A stretch of 63,427 nucleotides of DNA, filler included, from Candidatus Hydrogenedentota bacterium (GTDB lineage Bacteria; JBFMHD01), in the NCBI GenBank assembly GCA_040752395.1. It is 16 parts of 16 records of this genome, joined end to end, with 100 filler letters (N's around TTAATTAATTAA, not from the genome) between each part and the next. Parts side by side here need not be neighbours in the genome. Positions count along the whole stretch, not along the records: positions 46,591 to 63,427 come from JBFMHD010000033.1; 15 more parts are not named here. The stretch is one strand, 5' to 3'. A model generated the notes under the pieces. It saw only the letters and a program-made list of their open reading frames with translations, was not told the origin of the DNA and ran no database searches. A program made the position numbers and the translations under genes. Of this stretch, positions 52,636-62,320 are shown one piece after another (the stretch's first letter is position 1; each line of letters begins with the position of its first letter).

Positions 52636-52717
52636 GGGCGTGTGGCGAAACTGGAATACGCGCTGGACTTAGGATCCAGTCGGGCAACCGGTGTGGGTTC
52701 AACTCCCTCCACGCCCA
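52636..52717 (+). tRNA. tRNA-Leu(TAG)
   Basis: Acceptor GGGCGTG/CACGCCC, arm CTGGA-CTTAGGA-TCCAG, long variable arm; CCA not encoded. Confidence 0.93.
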
Positions 52718-52750
52718 TTAAATGCTTCTACATAGGGAGTTGAACGGACG

Positions 52751-53908
52751 TTAATACGCTTCTTTTAATAATCCTAAAATTCTGTCTTTGTCGCAGATTA
52801 AAGGGTTCTGACTCATACTCGAGCCCAGAGACTTAAACGCTATCTCTTCAAGCATATTCTCATTAATATTTAAATCCCGTAACCGATAAGGGAACCCTAA
52901 TCTCTTTAATAAATTCATTAAATAAAAAGCTAAACTATCTTCTTGTTTTTTCGTTTCTATTCCTATTAATTCTTCAATTCTTTTGTACTTTTTGCTGCAA
53001 ACTTCTTTATTCATAGATACTACATACGGCATCATTACAGCACAGATTAAACCGTGTTCGATATCCATTAATGCGCCAATGCCTGATGCAACCCCATGCG
53101 CTGCACCAAGCCCTGCATTTGCAAGCGCTATACCCGATACTAAAGAACAAAATAACATCTTTGCTCTTATCTCAATATCGCCTGGTTTATCTTTAACCTC
53201 GGGAATAGCTCTTGCAATTATTGGTATAGCATACTCACACAAGGATTCAACAAATGGATTTGTATTTTTTGAAGTGTAAGGTTCGATTAGTTGAACAAAG
53301 GCATCCATGCCGGAGATCAATGTTGTTCTTTCACTTAGGGTTATTAATAATTGCGGGTCACAAATTACAGCATCAGGTATCAAATATTTATGTCTTATAC
53401 TCTTTTTAAACCTATAATCGTTTGATTTTATAACAGCATTTTTAGTCACTTCACTCCCTGTCCCTGCGGTTGTTGGTACTGCGATGGTATAAAGCGAGGG
53501 TTTATCTATCTGTTTATTTATTCCAACACCCTCTAAATAATCCACAATTTTACCGCCATTAATTACAAGACATGAGACGGCTTTACCTGTATCAATACTA
53601 CCGCCACCGCCAACTGCCACTACTGAATCAACTTTTTCTTCTTTTGCTATAGTTACTCCTTTATCTATATCCTCAAGTTCTGGTTCTAATCCTTTGCGTT
53701 GAGAGTATATTATATATTCTATCTTATTTTCTTTTAGTTTTTCTAAAATACTTTTAAACCAGTCTGTGTTAACAACAAAATTCTTACCGGTTACAATTAA
53801 TGCCTTTTTCTTTTGATTCTTCTTTAGCAATACCGGTATCAGCTCAATTTTTCCGTTGCCAAAATAAATCTCTTTAGCGGTCTCTATATTAAAATTGCTA
53901 TTAAACAT
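52751..53908 (-). CDS. Iron-containing alcohol dehydrogenase
   Basis: GGGGSID.GK, PTTAGTGSE, GLGAAH, HG..CA. Confidence 0.9.
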   Translation of the reverse strand: MFNSNFNIETAKEIYFGNGKIELIPVLLKKNQKKKALIVTGKNFVVNTDWFKSILEKLKENKIEYIIYSQRKGLEPELEDIDKGVTIAKEEKVDSVVAVGGGGSIDTGKAVSCLVINGGKIVDYLEGVGINKQIDKPSLYTIAVPTTAGTGSEVTKNAVIKSNDYRFKKSIRHKYLIPDAVICDPQLLITLSERTTLISGMDAFVQLIEPYTSKNTNPFVESLCEYAIPIIARAIPEVKDKPGDIEIRAKMLFCSLVSGIALANAGLGAAHGVASGIGALMDIEHGLICAVMMPYVVSMNKEVCSKKYKRIEELIGIETKKQEDSLAFYLMNLLKRLGFPYRLRDLNINENMLEEIAFKSLGSSMSQNPLICDKDRILGLLKEAY

Positions 53909-53909
53909 C

Positions 53910-55346
53910 TTATCCTTTGATTACTGCGAGCGGTTTCATCCTGGCTACTATTTTTGATATTCCTGATTTATCCACAACGTCAACGACTTTATCTACGTCT
54001 TTATAAGCCTCAGGTGCTTCTTCAACAATGCTTCTTCTATCAGCAGAGATTACTGTGATCCCTTTTTCTTTGAGTTCGGCGAGCAAAGTATCAGCATCAA
54101 AATTTCTAATCGCTGCTTTTCTTGAAGCTACGCGTCCAGCTCCATGACAGGTGGTGCCGAATGTCTCTTTCATTGCTTTTTCAGTGCCAACAAGAACATA
54201 CGATGTGCGTCCCATATCACCCGGTATTATCACAGGCTGGCCAATCTTTTTATAAACCTCGGGTAAATCTTTATGGTGGGGTCCAAAAGCTCTTGTAGCG
54301 CCCTTTCTATGAATACAGAGTAGCTTCTTTACTCCATTGACCTCGTGTATCTCCATTTTTGCGATATTATGAGCTACATCATAAACAAGGTTCATTCCCA
54401 GAGATTCAAAACTTTTATTAAAATGCTTCTCAAAACATTTTCTTACAAGATACATAAGTATCTGTCTATTGGCCCAGGCGTAATTAGCAGCACATTTCAT
54501 AGCATTGAAATAATCTTTGCCTTCTTCTGAATTATAGAGTGCGCAGGCAAGCTGTTTATCAGGCAGATTATATTTTTCAGCACCTTTGCGTAAACTTTTC
54601 ACATAATCATCGCATATCTGGTACCCGAACCCGCGTGAACCAGAATGTATCATCACCGCTATCTGGCCTTCAAATAGCCCCATAACATCTGCTATCTCTT
54701 TTGCAAAGACTTTATCAACAACCTGAAGCTCAAGAAAATGGTTGCCACTACCAAGTGTTCCAAGTTGTGAAGCACCACGGTCATAAGCGGTCTTTGAAAC
54801 TTTATCCGGCAATGCTCCTTCCATCGCACCATATTCCTCTGTCCGCTCTAAATCTTCTTTTGTTCCATACCCCTTTCTTACAGCCCATTTAGCGCCCTCT
54901 ATCATCACCCTTTTCTCTTCTTCACCACGAACTTTTATGTCGCCTCCTTTACCTACACCTGAAGGCACATCTGAAAAAAGCATATGAGCTATCCTCTTTA
55001 TTTTATCTTCCTGGATATCTTTTCTTTCTAAATTAGTTCTAACTAATCTGACACCACAGTTTATATCATAACCAACGCCTGCAGGCGATATGACACCATC
55101 TTTTTCTGGATCAGTTGCGGCAACTCCACCGATACAGAACCCATAACCCCAGTGTATATCAGGCATCGCAAGTGAATACGAAACTATCCCGGGAAGAAAT
55201 GCTACATTAGCAACCTGTTCTATCGCCTTATCTTCTTTAGCTTTTTCAAATAACTCTTCTGAAGCATATATCCTGGCATCAACTCGCATGCCGTATTTAT
55301 ATTCCTTTGGTATCTCATAGATATAGTCAGTAATTCTTTTAAACAT
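53910..55346 (-). CDS. rtcB: RNA-splicing ligase RtcB (long, archaeal-like type)
   Basis: MPDIH.GYGF, DINCG, GSGNHF, HSGSRG, HN, HRKGAT, HGAGR; alternative GTG start at 55355. Confidence 0.95.
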   Translation of the reverse strand: MFKRITDYIYEIPKEYKYGMRVDARIYASEELFEKAKEDKAIEQVANVAFLPGIVSYSLAMPDIHWGYGFCIGGVAATDPEKDGVISPAGVGYDINCGVRLVRTNLERKDIQEDKIKRIAHMLFSDVPSGVGKGGDIKVRGEEEKRVMIEGAKWAVRKGYGTKEDLERTEEYGAMEGALPDKVSKTAYDRGASQLGTLGSGNHFLELQVVDKVFAKEIADVMGLFEGQIAVMIHSGSRGFGYQICDDYVKSLRKGAEKYNLPDKQLACALYNSEEGKDYFNAMKCAANYAWANRQILMYLVRKCFEKHFNKSFESLGMNLVYDVAHNIAKMEIHEVNGVKKLLCIHRKGATRAFGPHHKDLPEVYKKIGQPVIIPGDMGRTSYVLVGTEKAMKETFGTTCHGAGRVASRKAAIRNFDADTLLAELKEKGITVISADRRSIVEEAPEAYKDVDKVVDVVDKSGISKIVARMKPLAVIKG

Positions 55347-55390
55347 AAAACTCACCTTCTTCTTGCTTCTTTCGTTATCTTGCTTCTATA

Positions 55391-55807
55391 TTATACGTCT
55401 AAAACGAATTCAACTAAATATCTGTCACCTGCTTTTGTCAATTTAAATTCCTGATAAGTTATAGCTTTAACCTCTGAAAAAAAAATTATCTTTCTTTTAC
55501 TCATATCAAGAAGTAGATAATCGCCTTCAATCCTTTCACCAAATAAAGAACCTTTATCTTCCCATGCTATCGGTAATAAATTATCTATATAGACAAAGCG
55601 TAAACCCTGTCGTATAAAATCATGAAATAATTCATCTACCGCATCAAAACAAACATTCTTTTTTACATCTATCAAACGGCCTTCTTCAATCTCAGTCATT
55701 GATTCTATCACTGATTTCAGACTCCCCTGTAAAAGCTCTTCAAAGGTATCTGCTTCAACCCTGTATTTCAAATCAGCTGTATGTTCAAGCATCTCTATTT
55801 TAAACAT
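55391..55807 (-). CDS. Archease
   Basis: EHTAD, EVKAITY, terminal LDV; start moved to ATG 55807. Confidence 0.9.
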   Translation of the reverse strand: MFKIEMLEHTADLKYRVEADTFEELLQGSLKSVIESMTEIEEGRLIDVKKNVCFDAVDELFHDFIRQGLRFVYIDNLLPIAWEDKGSLFGERIEGDYLLLDMSKRKIIFFSEVKAITYQEFKLTKAGDRYLVEFVLDV

Positions 55808-57467
55808 TAAGTATCTCCTGAAGATAGGTATCCCATCTCTCAGCCTCAATAATATATGAATTTACAACCTCTTTATCTACATTTACTCCTTTTTCGATTT
55901 TAGATTTTAACTCAAAAAGTTTATCCTGTATAGAGAATGAAAGAAAATCAATTATATCGTTCTGTTTTTGGGCGGCAATAAAATCAATCTTGGCAAGTTC
56001 TTTCCATTCGATTAATTTTTTATATAATTTTATAACATAGTCCCGCGTATCAATTCTCCTTTTTACCTCCTCGTATTTCACAATTTCTATATCTTTTACT
56101 TTTGAGAGCAGATTTTGTGCTTGTTCTAAACCCATTTTTTCTGGTTTCTCAAGGATACCATCTGACAGGTCTATAACCCTTGTATCTTTATCAGTGTTTT
56201 CTATTTCATAATCAAGATAATTTTTATAGTTCAAAAGATTACTCATAGTATAAAATTCTCTATTTTTATAATTATAGGTAATAAGGTTTTCTAAAAAATT
56301 TATTTTTATCTGTGAAGAAAACCTGTTAATCTCAGAAAAGCTCCTGGTCTCATAAGCTGTTCCTTTTGCATACCATTTATATGGGTCAAAACTATAATCC
56401 TGACCCAGGAGAAAAACATTTTTAGATTTGATTCTTTTTGCAAAATCATAAGCAGAAATACTTATACTTCCACCACTTTTTAACGTTTCATCCTCTAATG
56501 CCTCTGTTATATTAAAGAACGGGTGCGGATACCAGAAAAAGAAAATCCTGTTCCACTTTAATTTCAATACATCAGTATATACACAGGGTGCTACGATTAT
56601 ATCACACTTGAGCTCATAGCCTTTAAAATGTTCTTTAGTTAAATTCTGTGCATCACCGGAAAAAACAAAATCAGGTATTATACCTGAACTGCATAATACT
56701 GGCAACGACGTATCTATCGCTAATAAAAGAAACTTATTTCGGTTTGTTTTTAAAAAGTTTATACCTTTCTCAAGCGAAGGCCCCGCACCTGTTATAATTG
56801 TATTATACCTGTGTTTTGCTAAATTATTAATAAGTTCGTTTAATGAATATACGTTTTTTGAGATAACCATATTCATAATAATTTGTTCAGACCAGATTCT
56901 GCCAAACTGTAAAATAGTCTCAATATTTTTACTCCTGAAAGAGATAACATCTTTAATGTTTTTTAACACATACTGATAATATTCCGGGTTTAACTCAATC
57001 AGTGGCTCTGAATAAATTATACCAGGCCTGTCACCAACACTTATATAATCACCGATTGTATCTAATAATAAACTCTTCTCTATGCCTAAAATTATTGTTA
57101 ATCTTTGTTTTTTAAACTGCGTAAAATCCCAGTTACTAAATACAACACCAAATAACTCATAATCACTCTCGATAATAATAACTTCTTTTATCGCCAACAA
57201 TTTGATTATAAGATACGGATTCCCTATGGATAAAACAAAAACTTTATCTATGGTTTTATCTTTTGATAGATTATTTGAGATTATGCGCTCGGCTTCTTTA
57301 TCAGGGTTATATCTACTCATTAAATATCTTTTATTAAATAGTATAACCTTGTTACCATTTTTCTCTGATATCTGATATTTATCTGATACTTTAATATGAT
57401 GAAGTTTAATGGCCGTTCTAATTCTTTCTTTAAAATGTTCCAGATTTCGTTTATAAGTCTCGCTCAT
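55800..57467 (-). CDS. MAF_flag10/DUF115 motility-associated factor glycosyltransferase-like protein
   Basis: SRYNP.KEA, GAGPSL, G..PDF, GGS..., LLGQD.SF. Confidence 0.8.
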   Translation of the reverse strand: MSETYKRNLEHFKERIRTAIKLHHIKVSDKYQISEKNGNKVILFNKRYLMSRYNPDKEAERIISNNLSKDKTIDKVFVLSIGNPYLIIKLLAIKEVIIIESDYELFGVVFSNWDFTQFKKQRLTIILGIEKSLLLDTIGDYISVGDRPGIIYSEPLIELNPEYYQYVLKNIKDVISFRSKNIETILQFGRIWSEQIIMNMVISKNVYSLNELINNLAKHRYNTIITGAGPSLEKGINFLKTNRNKFLLLAIDTSLPVLCSSGIIPDFVFSGDAQNLTKEHFKGYELKCDIIVAPCVYTDVLKLKWNRIFFFWYPHPFFNITEALEDETLKSGGSISISAYDFAKRIKSKNVFLLGQDYSFDPYKWYAKGTAYETRSFSEINRFSSQIKINFLENLITYNYKNREFYTMSNLLNYKNYLDYEIENTDKDTRVIDLSDGILEKPEKMGLEQAQNLLSKVKDIEIVKYEEVKRRIDTRDYVIKLYKKLIEWKELAKIDFIAAQKQNDIIDFLSFSIQDKLFELKSKIEKGVNVDKEVVNSYIIEAERWDTYLQEILNV

Positions 57468-57471
57468 TAAT

Positions 57472-57550
57472 CTCCTCTGAAAAACGTTGTAACTCTAATA
57501 ATTCGGGGTACAGGCTACGGACTACGGACTACAGCCGGCCGTAGCCTGAA
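57472..57550 (-). repeat. Minimal composite element overlapping the 3' end of the upstream gene
   Basis: GGCT hairpin and terminus GAGGAG 4 nt before ATG. Confidence 0.9.
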
Positions 57551-58151
57551 ACCCACATACCATCTTTTGTAATCTTTTATAATCAATTTCAGTATCAAAA
57601 TCAAGTAATATAAAATTGTCATTGACTTCTAATTCAATTATCTTTTTTTTTAACATACTGAACATCACTCGTAACCCTTTATTTTTAAAATCATCGGTGT
57701 GGATAATATCTTCTAAATATTTTTGCGGTATAAGAATAGGATGTCCTTTTCTACCTTGATATACAGGTACAATTATTTTATCTTTTAGCGAGTGTTCTTT
57801 TAGACTTTTAATTGTTTCGGTTTTAACTAAAGGTACATCAACCGGATGAATAAATATTCTATCAATACCCGTCTCCTTTATGAGATTGAACCCGGTTTCT
57901 ATACTTGAATGCATCCCCCTTTGTGGATTTTTATTTATTACAAATTTATATCTCTTTCTTTTTATATAATTAATAACTCTCTTATCATCCCTTATAACAA
58001 TTACGGTATCTATTCCAAGACTTTTATAAGTTTCATCAACTTTATCAACAAATTTCTGATTCTTATTTAAGGTGAGGATCGGTTTTGGAAACCCGTTCAT
58101 TCGTGAAGAGAAACCAGCTGCAAGTATTATCGCTATCTCATTTATTGGCAT
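57522..58151 (-). CDS. MobA/MocA-like NTP transferase
   Basis: ILAAGFSSRM..PK, GM.SS, PVDVP, G.KGHP, DFDT..DY. Confidence 0.88.
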   Translation of the reverse strand: MPINEIAIILAAGFSSRMNGFPKPILTLNKNQKFVDKVDETYKSLGIDTVIVIRDDKRVINYIKRKRYKFVINKNPQRGMHSSIETGFNLIKETGIDRIFIHPVDVPLVKTETIKSLKEHSLKDKIIVPVYQGRKGHPILIPQKYLEDIIHTDDFKNKGLRVMFSMLKKKIIELEVNDNFILLDFDTEIDYKRLQKMVCGFQATAGCSP

Positions 58152-60261
58152 CTTTAACTATTTTAAGCACGTCTTCAAAAATATATTCCATTGATTCTAT
58201 CATTTTAGATTTTTCAAATTTATACGTGAACACTATTTCTTTACCTTTATATTCAGCAATTACACCAAGTAAACACCATAATTCTTTTATATTTGCTATT
58301 AATCTCATTATTATATCAGCTTTATCTATTGTATCAACATAATCAAATTTTTCATAATATATATTTTTTATTGTCTTTTTATAAGTATTTCTACAAACAT
58401 CATTAAACATCTCCCAGCCTGGTGCTCGGGTGATAAATTCAATGTTATGTAAATAAACAAAAATGGGCCTGAAAGGGTCGAACTTCCTTTCCTTTTCTTC
58501 AATAAACTCTGATCTATTTTCGCTAATTAATCCGATGGATTCTTCTAAGATACCAGCTAATTCCTCAGCTTTTTCAATAAGTATATCTAAATCAATCTCA
58601 CCACTCAAAACATTCTGTCTCTCGGTCTTTATAATTTCAGGTACTTCTTCTCCCATCTCCTGTCTTCTACCCCCTGTCTCTTCAACTCTTAAACTCCTCA
58701 ACTCCCCAACTCCTAACTCCCGGGTTCTGGGTTCTTGTTTCTCCATAATAGTATAAGCTACCAGCGAATGCTCTAACCCATAAACATCATACCCTTTCAT
58801 CTTATTTAACGGGTCTTTTTTCCATCGTTTATCTACTATAAAATGATATAAATATTTACCAGGCTGCATTGCAACCTTTTTTGTAAAAACACCTTCTTTG
58901 CTTTTATCCATTTTTAATTGCCATGGGTCCCAGAAAACAAAGTCACCGGTTAAATAAACTTCAGAAGCATCCTTATCATAGTAATAAAATACAACACCAT
59001 CATCTTCAAATCTTAAACTCTCGTATACAAATACCTCAGAGCCTATTTTTTCTTTTTCTTTGTGGGTACCTATTACTTTATCAGATTTATCCTCTTTAAT
59101 AAACAAATCAGGCATATCAATTTTTTCAGGTCTTTTCTCTTTTTCTTCAACAATCACTTCGATCTCGGGTCTTTTTTTTTCTGATGCAGCCTCCTCTTTC
59201 ATTACAATTTCCTGTTCTTTTGTCTGTTTTTCCTGCTCTTTGACTTTATTTGATTCAACCAGGATAATTTCTTCTTCTTTCTTTACATCTTTTTCTTTTT
59301 TAACTTCTTTTTTTTCTACAGTAATGACTGGTTCTTCTTTGTTTTTAGCTATTACTTTGACTTCAGGTTTTTCTAAGTGTTTTTCTTGTTCTAATTCTTT
59401 TTTTGGCTCTACTTTAATGACTTTTTCTTCTTGTTGTTTTACAGCAACCTGTATTGGCACTGTTTCCTGTGTCTTTATTTCTTGCTTTTTGCTTTTTGCT
59501 TCTTGCTTCTCCTCCTGATAATCACCAATCAGTTTATCTATCTCTTTTTCAAACTTTTCTTTTAACCCACCACTCCTATCTTCATCGATTATCTTAATCA
59601 CACTTACATAACCATGTTCAATATCTTTTTCAGTCTGCATAGTTGCCGGGTCAGGTATTTTAACGCCATCCACATTAAATTGATATTTATATACACCTGG
59701 TTTTAACTCGAGTTTAGTCTCCCATAATCCATTATCTTTTGACATCAATGGTATCCCCGGGAAAGCCCAGTTATTAAAATCACCTGATACATAAACCTTC
59801 TCAGCACTGCCTGCAAAGATTGAAAAATTTATTTGAGATTTGCCTTTTTCATCTTTTTTAACTATGATACTTCTTGTTACATCTTCAGGTAGTTTTAAAA
59901 CAAGTCTGGAACAATATCCTCTATCGGTGTCATTTATCACTTCATCACTCGATGGGTCAGGAAGCATTACGCCATCAACATTAAATTTATAAAGATACGT
60001 ACCTTCAGGAAGCCTGAGAGATGCTCTCCACTCCCCATCTCCCATCTTTGTCATATCAGTTCCCGGTTCAAGCCAGGAATTAAAATCTCCGATAATATAA
60101 ACCTTTTCAGCGCCACCTGCTGGAATCCCAAATTCTACCTCTATCTCGCCCCGTTCAAAAACCCTCTTCAGTTTAGTATAACCAGAAATACTATTAGCTA
60201 CTGATAATATATAAATAATCACTATTAAAAATTTATAGTATTTAGTCTTTATGCATCTCAT
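58138..60261 (-). CDS. Secreted protein with three AMPK-type glycogen-binding (CBM48) domains
   Basis: Three V...GDF..W...G.W/F...L/M.PG.Y.Y.F.VD...DP repeats; Glu/Lys-rich linker. Confidence 0.8.
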   Translation of the reverse strand: MRCIKTKYYKFLIVIIYILSVANSISGYTKLKRVFERGEIEVEFGIPAGGAEKVYIIGDFNSWLEPGTDMTKMGDGEWRASLRLPEGTYLYKFNVDGVMLPDPSSDEVINDTDRGYCSRLVLKLPEDVTRSIIVKKDEKGKSQINFSIFAGSAEKVYVSGDFNNWAFPGIPLMSKDNGLWETKLELKPGVYKYQFNVDGVKIPDPATMQTEKDIEHGYVSVIKIIDEDRSGGLKEKFEKEIDKLIGDYQEEKQEAKSKKQEIKTQETVPIQVAVKQQEEKVIKVEPKKELEQEKHLEKPEVKVIAKNKEEPVITVEKKEVKKEKDVKKEEEIILVESNKVKEQEKQTKEQEIVMKEEAASEKKRPEIEVIVEEKEKRPEKIDMPDLFIKEDKSDKVIGTHKEKEKIGSEVFVYESLRFEDDGVVFYYYDKDASEVYLTGDFVFWDPWQLKMDKSKEGVFTKKVAMQPGKYLYHFIVDKRWKKDPLNKMKGYDVYGLEHSLVAYTIMEKQEPRTRELGVGELRSLRVEETGGRRQEMGEEVPEIIKTERQNVLSGEIDLDILIEKAEELAGILEESIGLISENRSEFIEEKERKFDPFRPIFVYLHNIEFITRAPGWEMFNDVCRNTYKKTIKNIYYEKFDYVDTIDKADIIMRLIANIKELWCLLGVIAEYKGKEIVFTYKFEKSKMIESMEYIFEDVLKIVKDANK

Positions 60262-62066
60262 TTAAGATCAGATAAAATTGTAGATTCTAAACCCACAAGA
60301 AGTAAATCCAGTTTATCTTCCCTGCCTTGCAATTCATAGACACTGTATTTTTCTCTACCTCCACGTCTATCTATAATAGCAACGCTTGTCCTTATCTCTC
60401 CTTTAACGTATAAAATTGAGCCTGCTATAATAACATCTCCTTTAACTAAATCAATGTACTCTAAAATTGAGTAACCTGACTGAAGATTCAATGGTTCCTC
60501 TAATAAAACACAATCTTCTTTTTCAGATATCCTGTTTTTTAAATAATCTACTACTCGCTGTGATATCCAGGAATTATAGGTATTAAAACCATAGGCTTGA
60601 AATGGTAGGACTGTTACACCTGTAATCTTCTGCAATTTAGGTATAAACTTTCCTGCATATCTTTTTTCTTCCTGGATTGTTTCTCCTGTCTCGCTCTTGG
60701 GTCTTTCTTTTATTATGATTTCTTTAGGAGGGACATAAACTTTTTCTTCCTCTTTTTTTGTTTCTTGTTCTTTGATTATTTTCTCAGGTTGAGCCACTTC
60801 TTTTTCTTTGGATTTTGTTTTTAATTCTTTTAATTTTTCCTGGATATTTTTTAATCTATTGTAAAGCACAAGTATTTTTTCAGCATATCCAGATTTGTCT
60901 TCTTCTTTTGTCTCTTGTTTCATAAGCAGAGCTGTCTCTTTCATTTCAAGTGGACTGATATTAATATTGGTAGCACCTGCTTCAACATTTATCAGACTGT
61001 TTTTATTCCCATATTTATCAAGAAGATACATAGAATTATCAGGGTCTTTAACCCATTTGCCGTCAACAATATAATTATATCCATAACTACCTGTTCGCAG
61101 TTCAATAGTTGCGACCCATATCCCACTCTTTGTTCTGCTCATTTTCGTAACATCCGGTCTCCAGTTATTAAAATCACCGACAAGTAATACACTTCTTGCA
61201 TCAGGTGCATATAAAGTGAATTGAACTTTACCATCAGGGAAAACCCGTGGTGATAGATTCATATCACCTATGCTCTCTATACTGCCGGTATTAAATAAAT
61301 CATATCTGGTTTTATATGTTTTTCTCTCATTCCTGTGTTGTTTTTTAACTGGTGTAATTTTGATTTCAGGTTCGCTTTTAGATACGATTTCTGGTTTTGT
61401 TCTTTTTATTTCTATTTCATCCTCTTTAACTACTATTACTGAAGCGTAGGCATTTTTGTAGGTTTCAACGAGGCTATTATTAGGGTCAAGAACATACTCT
61501 TCATCAACGCAATATTTATAATAATATTTACCTGGTTTTAATTCGAGTTTTGTCTCCCAGTAATTAGCATCAAGTTTATCAAGTGGGTTAGCATTTTTAT
61601 CCCAGTTATTAAAAGTTCCTACTACTGATACCTCTTTAGCATTTTTGACCCTTAACCTGAAAATAACATAACCATCGTAGGCTTTAGGTTTTAAACTCTC
61701 ATCTTCTATTAATTCATATTTCTTAGGGATAACAATCTCTTCTTTTTGAGGTTTTGTTTCTTCTATTTCTGGTTCTTCTCTTTCAATGTATATTTCTTCA
61801 GGTCCTTCTTTTTTTATAGTAAAATCTTTTTTTGTAACATCCATTCCGAGTTCACGCATCTCGTTTATTAATTCATCATAAAGCGAATTAGCCTTTTGAT
61901 TTGTAGGGTCTTTTGAGAGTATTTCTTCGAGTTGAGATTTTGCTTCTTTAAAATTACCAAGTATATAATTTTTAGCTGCTTCGTCGGTCAAATCCGCGCA
62001 AAGTAATCTTTTAGCAAGAAGCAAATATAACGCCACTAATCCTATACTTTTTATAAATTTATCCAC
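60258..62066 (-). CDS. Secreted protein with TPR-like segment and two CBM48 domains
   Basis: VVGTFNNW..LKPGKYYYKY.VD..DP.N and LVGDFNNW..YGYNYIVDG.W..DP.N. Confidence 0.8.
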   Translation of the reverse strand: MDKFIKSIGLVALYLLLAKRLLCADLTDEAAKNYILGNFKEAKSQLEEILSKDPTNQKANSLYDELINEMRELGMDVTKKDFTIKKEGPEEIYIEREEPEIEETKPQKEEIVIPKKYELIEDESLKPKAYDGYVIFRLRVKNAKEVSVVGTFNNWDKNANPLDKLDANYWETKLELKPGKYYYKYCVDEEYVLDPNNSLVETYKNAYASVIVVKEDEIEIKRTKPEIVSKSEPEIKITPVKKQHRNERKTYKTRYDLFNTGSIESIGDMNLSPRVFPDGKVQFTLYAPDARSVLLVGDFNNWRPDVTKMSRTKSGIWVATIELRTGSYGYNYIVDGKWVKDPDNSMYLLDKYGNKNSLINVEAGATNINISPLEMKETALLMKQETKEEDKSGYAEKILVLYNRLKNIQEKLKELKTKSKEKEVAQPEKIIKEQETKKEEEKVYVPPKEIIIKERPKSETGETIQEEKRYAGKFIPKLQKITGVTVLPFQAYGFNTYNSWISQRVVDYLKNRISEKEDCVLLEEPLNLQSGYSILEYIDLVKGDVIIAGSILYVKGEIRTSVAIIDRRGGREKYSVYELQGREDKLDLLLVGLESTILSDLK

Positions 62067-62320
62067 GGTCTATAAATCCATAATTTTTTTTATATTTAAT
62101 TCAATAATCCTGTTTAAGTCAAGCTTTAATTTAACAGGTTTCTGAAAAACCTTATTTTTTTAAAACAGGTCTTTTGACCTTCACTACATTATATTGAAAT
62201 TACGAAAAATAAAAAATGTAGTAAGCATCTTTAGATGCGTCTTTAAGAAAAGGTGTTTATATGAGCATAAATTTAATTGATTTGATCATAAGTCAAAATT
62301 CCCTCTAATCATAATTTCGC

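Noticed and set aside
52636-52750. tRNA genes as prophage or island attachment sites
   Set aside because: No integrase and no duplicated tRNA 3' end near either tRNA.
59060-59518. Antisense ORFs inside long genes (e.g. 59060..59518, 50189..50692, 39242..39619)
   Set aside because: Shadow ORFs of well-supported genes on the opposite strand.
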